From the NCBI GenBank assembly GCA_951804945.1, contig OX638152.1, positions 46,996,001-47,060,000 on the forward strand: DNA of 64,000 nucleotides. The letters are read 5' to 3'. Origin of the DNA: Podarcis cretensis (taxonomy: Eukaryota). The notes beneath the pieces are model-generated. The model saw only the letters and a list, made by a program, of their open reading frames with translations. It searched no databases and was not told the origin of the DNA. Shown here in pieces: positions 61,801-64,000 of the stretch. The position numbers and the translations under genes are program-made. Position 1 is the first letter of the stretch, and the number at the start of each line of letters is the position of its first letter.

Positions 61801-63239
61801 ATCTGCTCATCTTATCCAGCTTGCCATACTGTCAATAGAAAAGAATGAAGTAATTATTACTATATGACTGAGCGTCTGTACCTTTTCCCCTTGTTCCAAC
61901 CACCTCCAATTATTCTGACACTATTCCTGCCCTTAGGTTAGACTACTGCTATTGAACCATTTTTTACAGCTTGTGGCAGGCAATAAAACACACCAAGTCA
62001 CATCAGCACACTCAGAACACTGGCAGAAGCAAGCAAATCAAAAGCCCATCCAATTATCTTGACTCACTAGATGTATTTTATTATTTATTTACTGGCTTGC
62101 GTCATATTTTGGGATATTTACGAAACCCCAAAAATGTTTTATTGAGCATGGGGAAATCAACTGGTCAGGCCCTACACAAAAGAACTGGGAACAAAAGAGC
62201 CTTCAAACCACCTCATATTCTCCTTTGCTTGCCCGTAGAGCAAAAACGAGTTCTCTTACCTAGAATGTGGGTGGCCAACATGTTGTGTGAGTACCACTGG
62301 GAATGAGAGTTTGCAGTCTATGGCACTTTGATAAAATTACTGGAGGATAATAGAGTCCAAGATTAGAATTTATTTTTATTCGCTACTAAAATTAATACTG
62401 CCCTCTGTAACGCTAAGTAAGTTTTTAGGGCAAGTTAACAACAATTAATAAAAAGATTAATAAAAGTATGATAAACAAAAAAAAAAAGCAATACATAACA
62501 ACAGTTGACTACGGGGATAATAGTCAAATCTATAGCTTAAAAAAAGTTTTGAAAATATATATTTTGCCATAACCTAGTGAATCTTGTAAGGAACAGTGAT
62601 GCTGTGGCATTTGGTGTTCTTGTCTGAGACAGATTGAGCCTATTAGTTCCTTTGTACCTGGACCTACAGTCTGGCCTTCCTTTCCAGCACTGAGCTTGGG
62701 AGCATTTGGCCTATAGGCCCAATAAGGCAGGCCTTTGAATTTGGTCCACAAAGACCATGGTCACCTAGCAGTCACCTGATCAGTCTTAGGATGTGAGACA
62801 CAAAGAGCTGTTATCTCTGATCTAAGCACTAAGTGCTAAGAAAATAAGGGATCTCTGATCTTAACACTAAGCACCACAGCACTAAAACTGGAGACAAGCC
62901 TCTGCCTGCTCTTTGACAGTTTACTCTCAAAACAGCAAGCAGTGTTTCTCTTCTCCTCAATCTGAATTCATATAAGAGATAAGCCTCTTCTCACTCTTTA
63001 AAAGGCACTAGGCAGAAGCTTATCTCCAGTTTTAATAGTGTGGGGTTACAGTGCTAAAATCTGAGATAAACTTCCAGGCTACTCCTGTGGATTGAACATA
63101 ATCACCTGATGTAATATGACGTTAGGTGATTGACAGGTGGGCGATTCCACCCACCTGTCAAATAGGCTCACAGTTCCAGCTCCCCATCCCTGTTCTAACT
63201 GGTGTACAACAGCTAAAACCACAATGTTACAAACATACA

Positions 63240-63950
63240 GTGATGTAATTAAAACTGCAATAAAATATATATATTAAAGCATTGTATGAAACAAAAAGAC
63301 AGAGTCCAACTTAATGATGTAAAAGAAAGAAAAACACACACATGATGTTTCCTATACAGTAGGGGAAAGAGTATTACAAACCACAGAGGCAGCACCAGAA
63401 AACGTCCCATGAGTCACTGCCATACAATGGTCCATAACACACAGCATCACTTACAAGACCTTCCCAGATGATATTCATGAACTACTAGGTCTGTATAGAG
63501 GTAACTAGGTTCCAAGATGTTCAGGGGATTATGTATTAATAACAAGAAACTGAGCATGTATCAAGAGCTAATCGGCAGCCAGCGCAGTTCTTTCACCACA
63601 GGTGTAAAAGGAGCATATCTGGATGTCCCTATTCTGCACCAGCTACATCTTCCAGAGCAGTCTCAGGGGAAGGCTCTCACAGTACCGGTAATTAGAATAA
63701 TCCAATCAGGAGGTCAGCAATGCCTCATTTGCCCAGTTATCCCTGTCCAGAAAAGCTTGTAGTTGGTGTACTAACTGAAGGTGAGTGTAGGTGCTCCTTG
63801 CAGTAGCTGACACTTGATCCTCCAAGGACAATGATGGATCCAAGAGCACCTCCAACATTATATTCTTCAAGATCATTAAGAAGGTCCTAAAGCCAGGACT
63901 GCAGTATATCTAGAAGGCAGCCAATTCACAGGCTTTGAAATGGAAGAAAA
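63240..63950 (-). mobile_element. Degraded L2 fragment
   Basis: cagccagcgcagttctttcaccacaggtgtaa is the reverse of an ITPVxKELRWL-like motif; ataatccaatcaggagg is the reverse of an SxLDY-like motif. Confidence 0.55.
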
Positions 63951-64000
63951 ACAAAAACAAAATAAATTCTGTACTATCAGTCACGCCTTATCAAAATGCC

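Noticed and set aside
1-64000. CRISPR arrays, operons or prokaryotic defence systems
   Set aside because: This is vertebrate intronic DNA. There are no regularly spaced repeat-spacer units and no prokaryotic gene organisation.

Overview
Eukaryotic (vertebrate) DNA, almost entirely intronic. The repeat content (Sauria/Squam SINEs, young L2, CR1, RTE) points to a squamate, probably a lacertid lizard (inference). The minus strand carries four consecutive ROBO2 coding exons (158, 121, 139 and 128 bp, canonical GT-AG, Ig2-Ig3 domains). Positions 31827-64000 are part of the large upstream intron. The standout element is an apparently intact, full-length 5.9-kb L1-clade LINE (13167-19093) with open ORF1 and ORF2, a poly(A) tail and a perfect 16-bp TSD, antisense to ROBO2 and nested in an LTR-like sequence next to an old CR1. 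The rest is SINEs, MITEs, LINE relics, microsatellites and a 132-N gap. The most interesting unexplained signals are three RNA-structure motifs inside retroelements. (1) An ENE-like U-rich internal loop (putative poly(A) triple-helix element) is conserved in two diverged ~860-bp GC-rich, TSD-less elements. (2) An HDV-like ribozyme fold starts exactly at the 5' boundary of a non-autonomous RTE element. (3) A Penelope-type perfect 56-bp hairpin carries a truncated hammerhead. All structure calls and family names come from manual pairing and recall, not from computation or database searches. No novel protein-coding system is supported.
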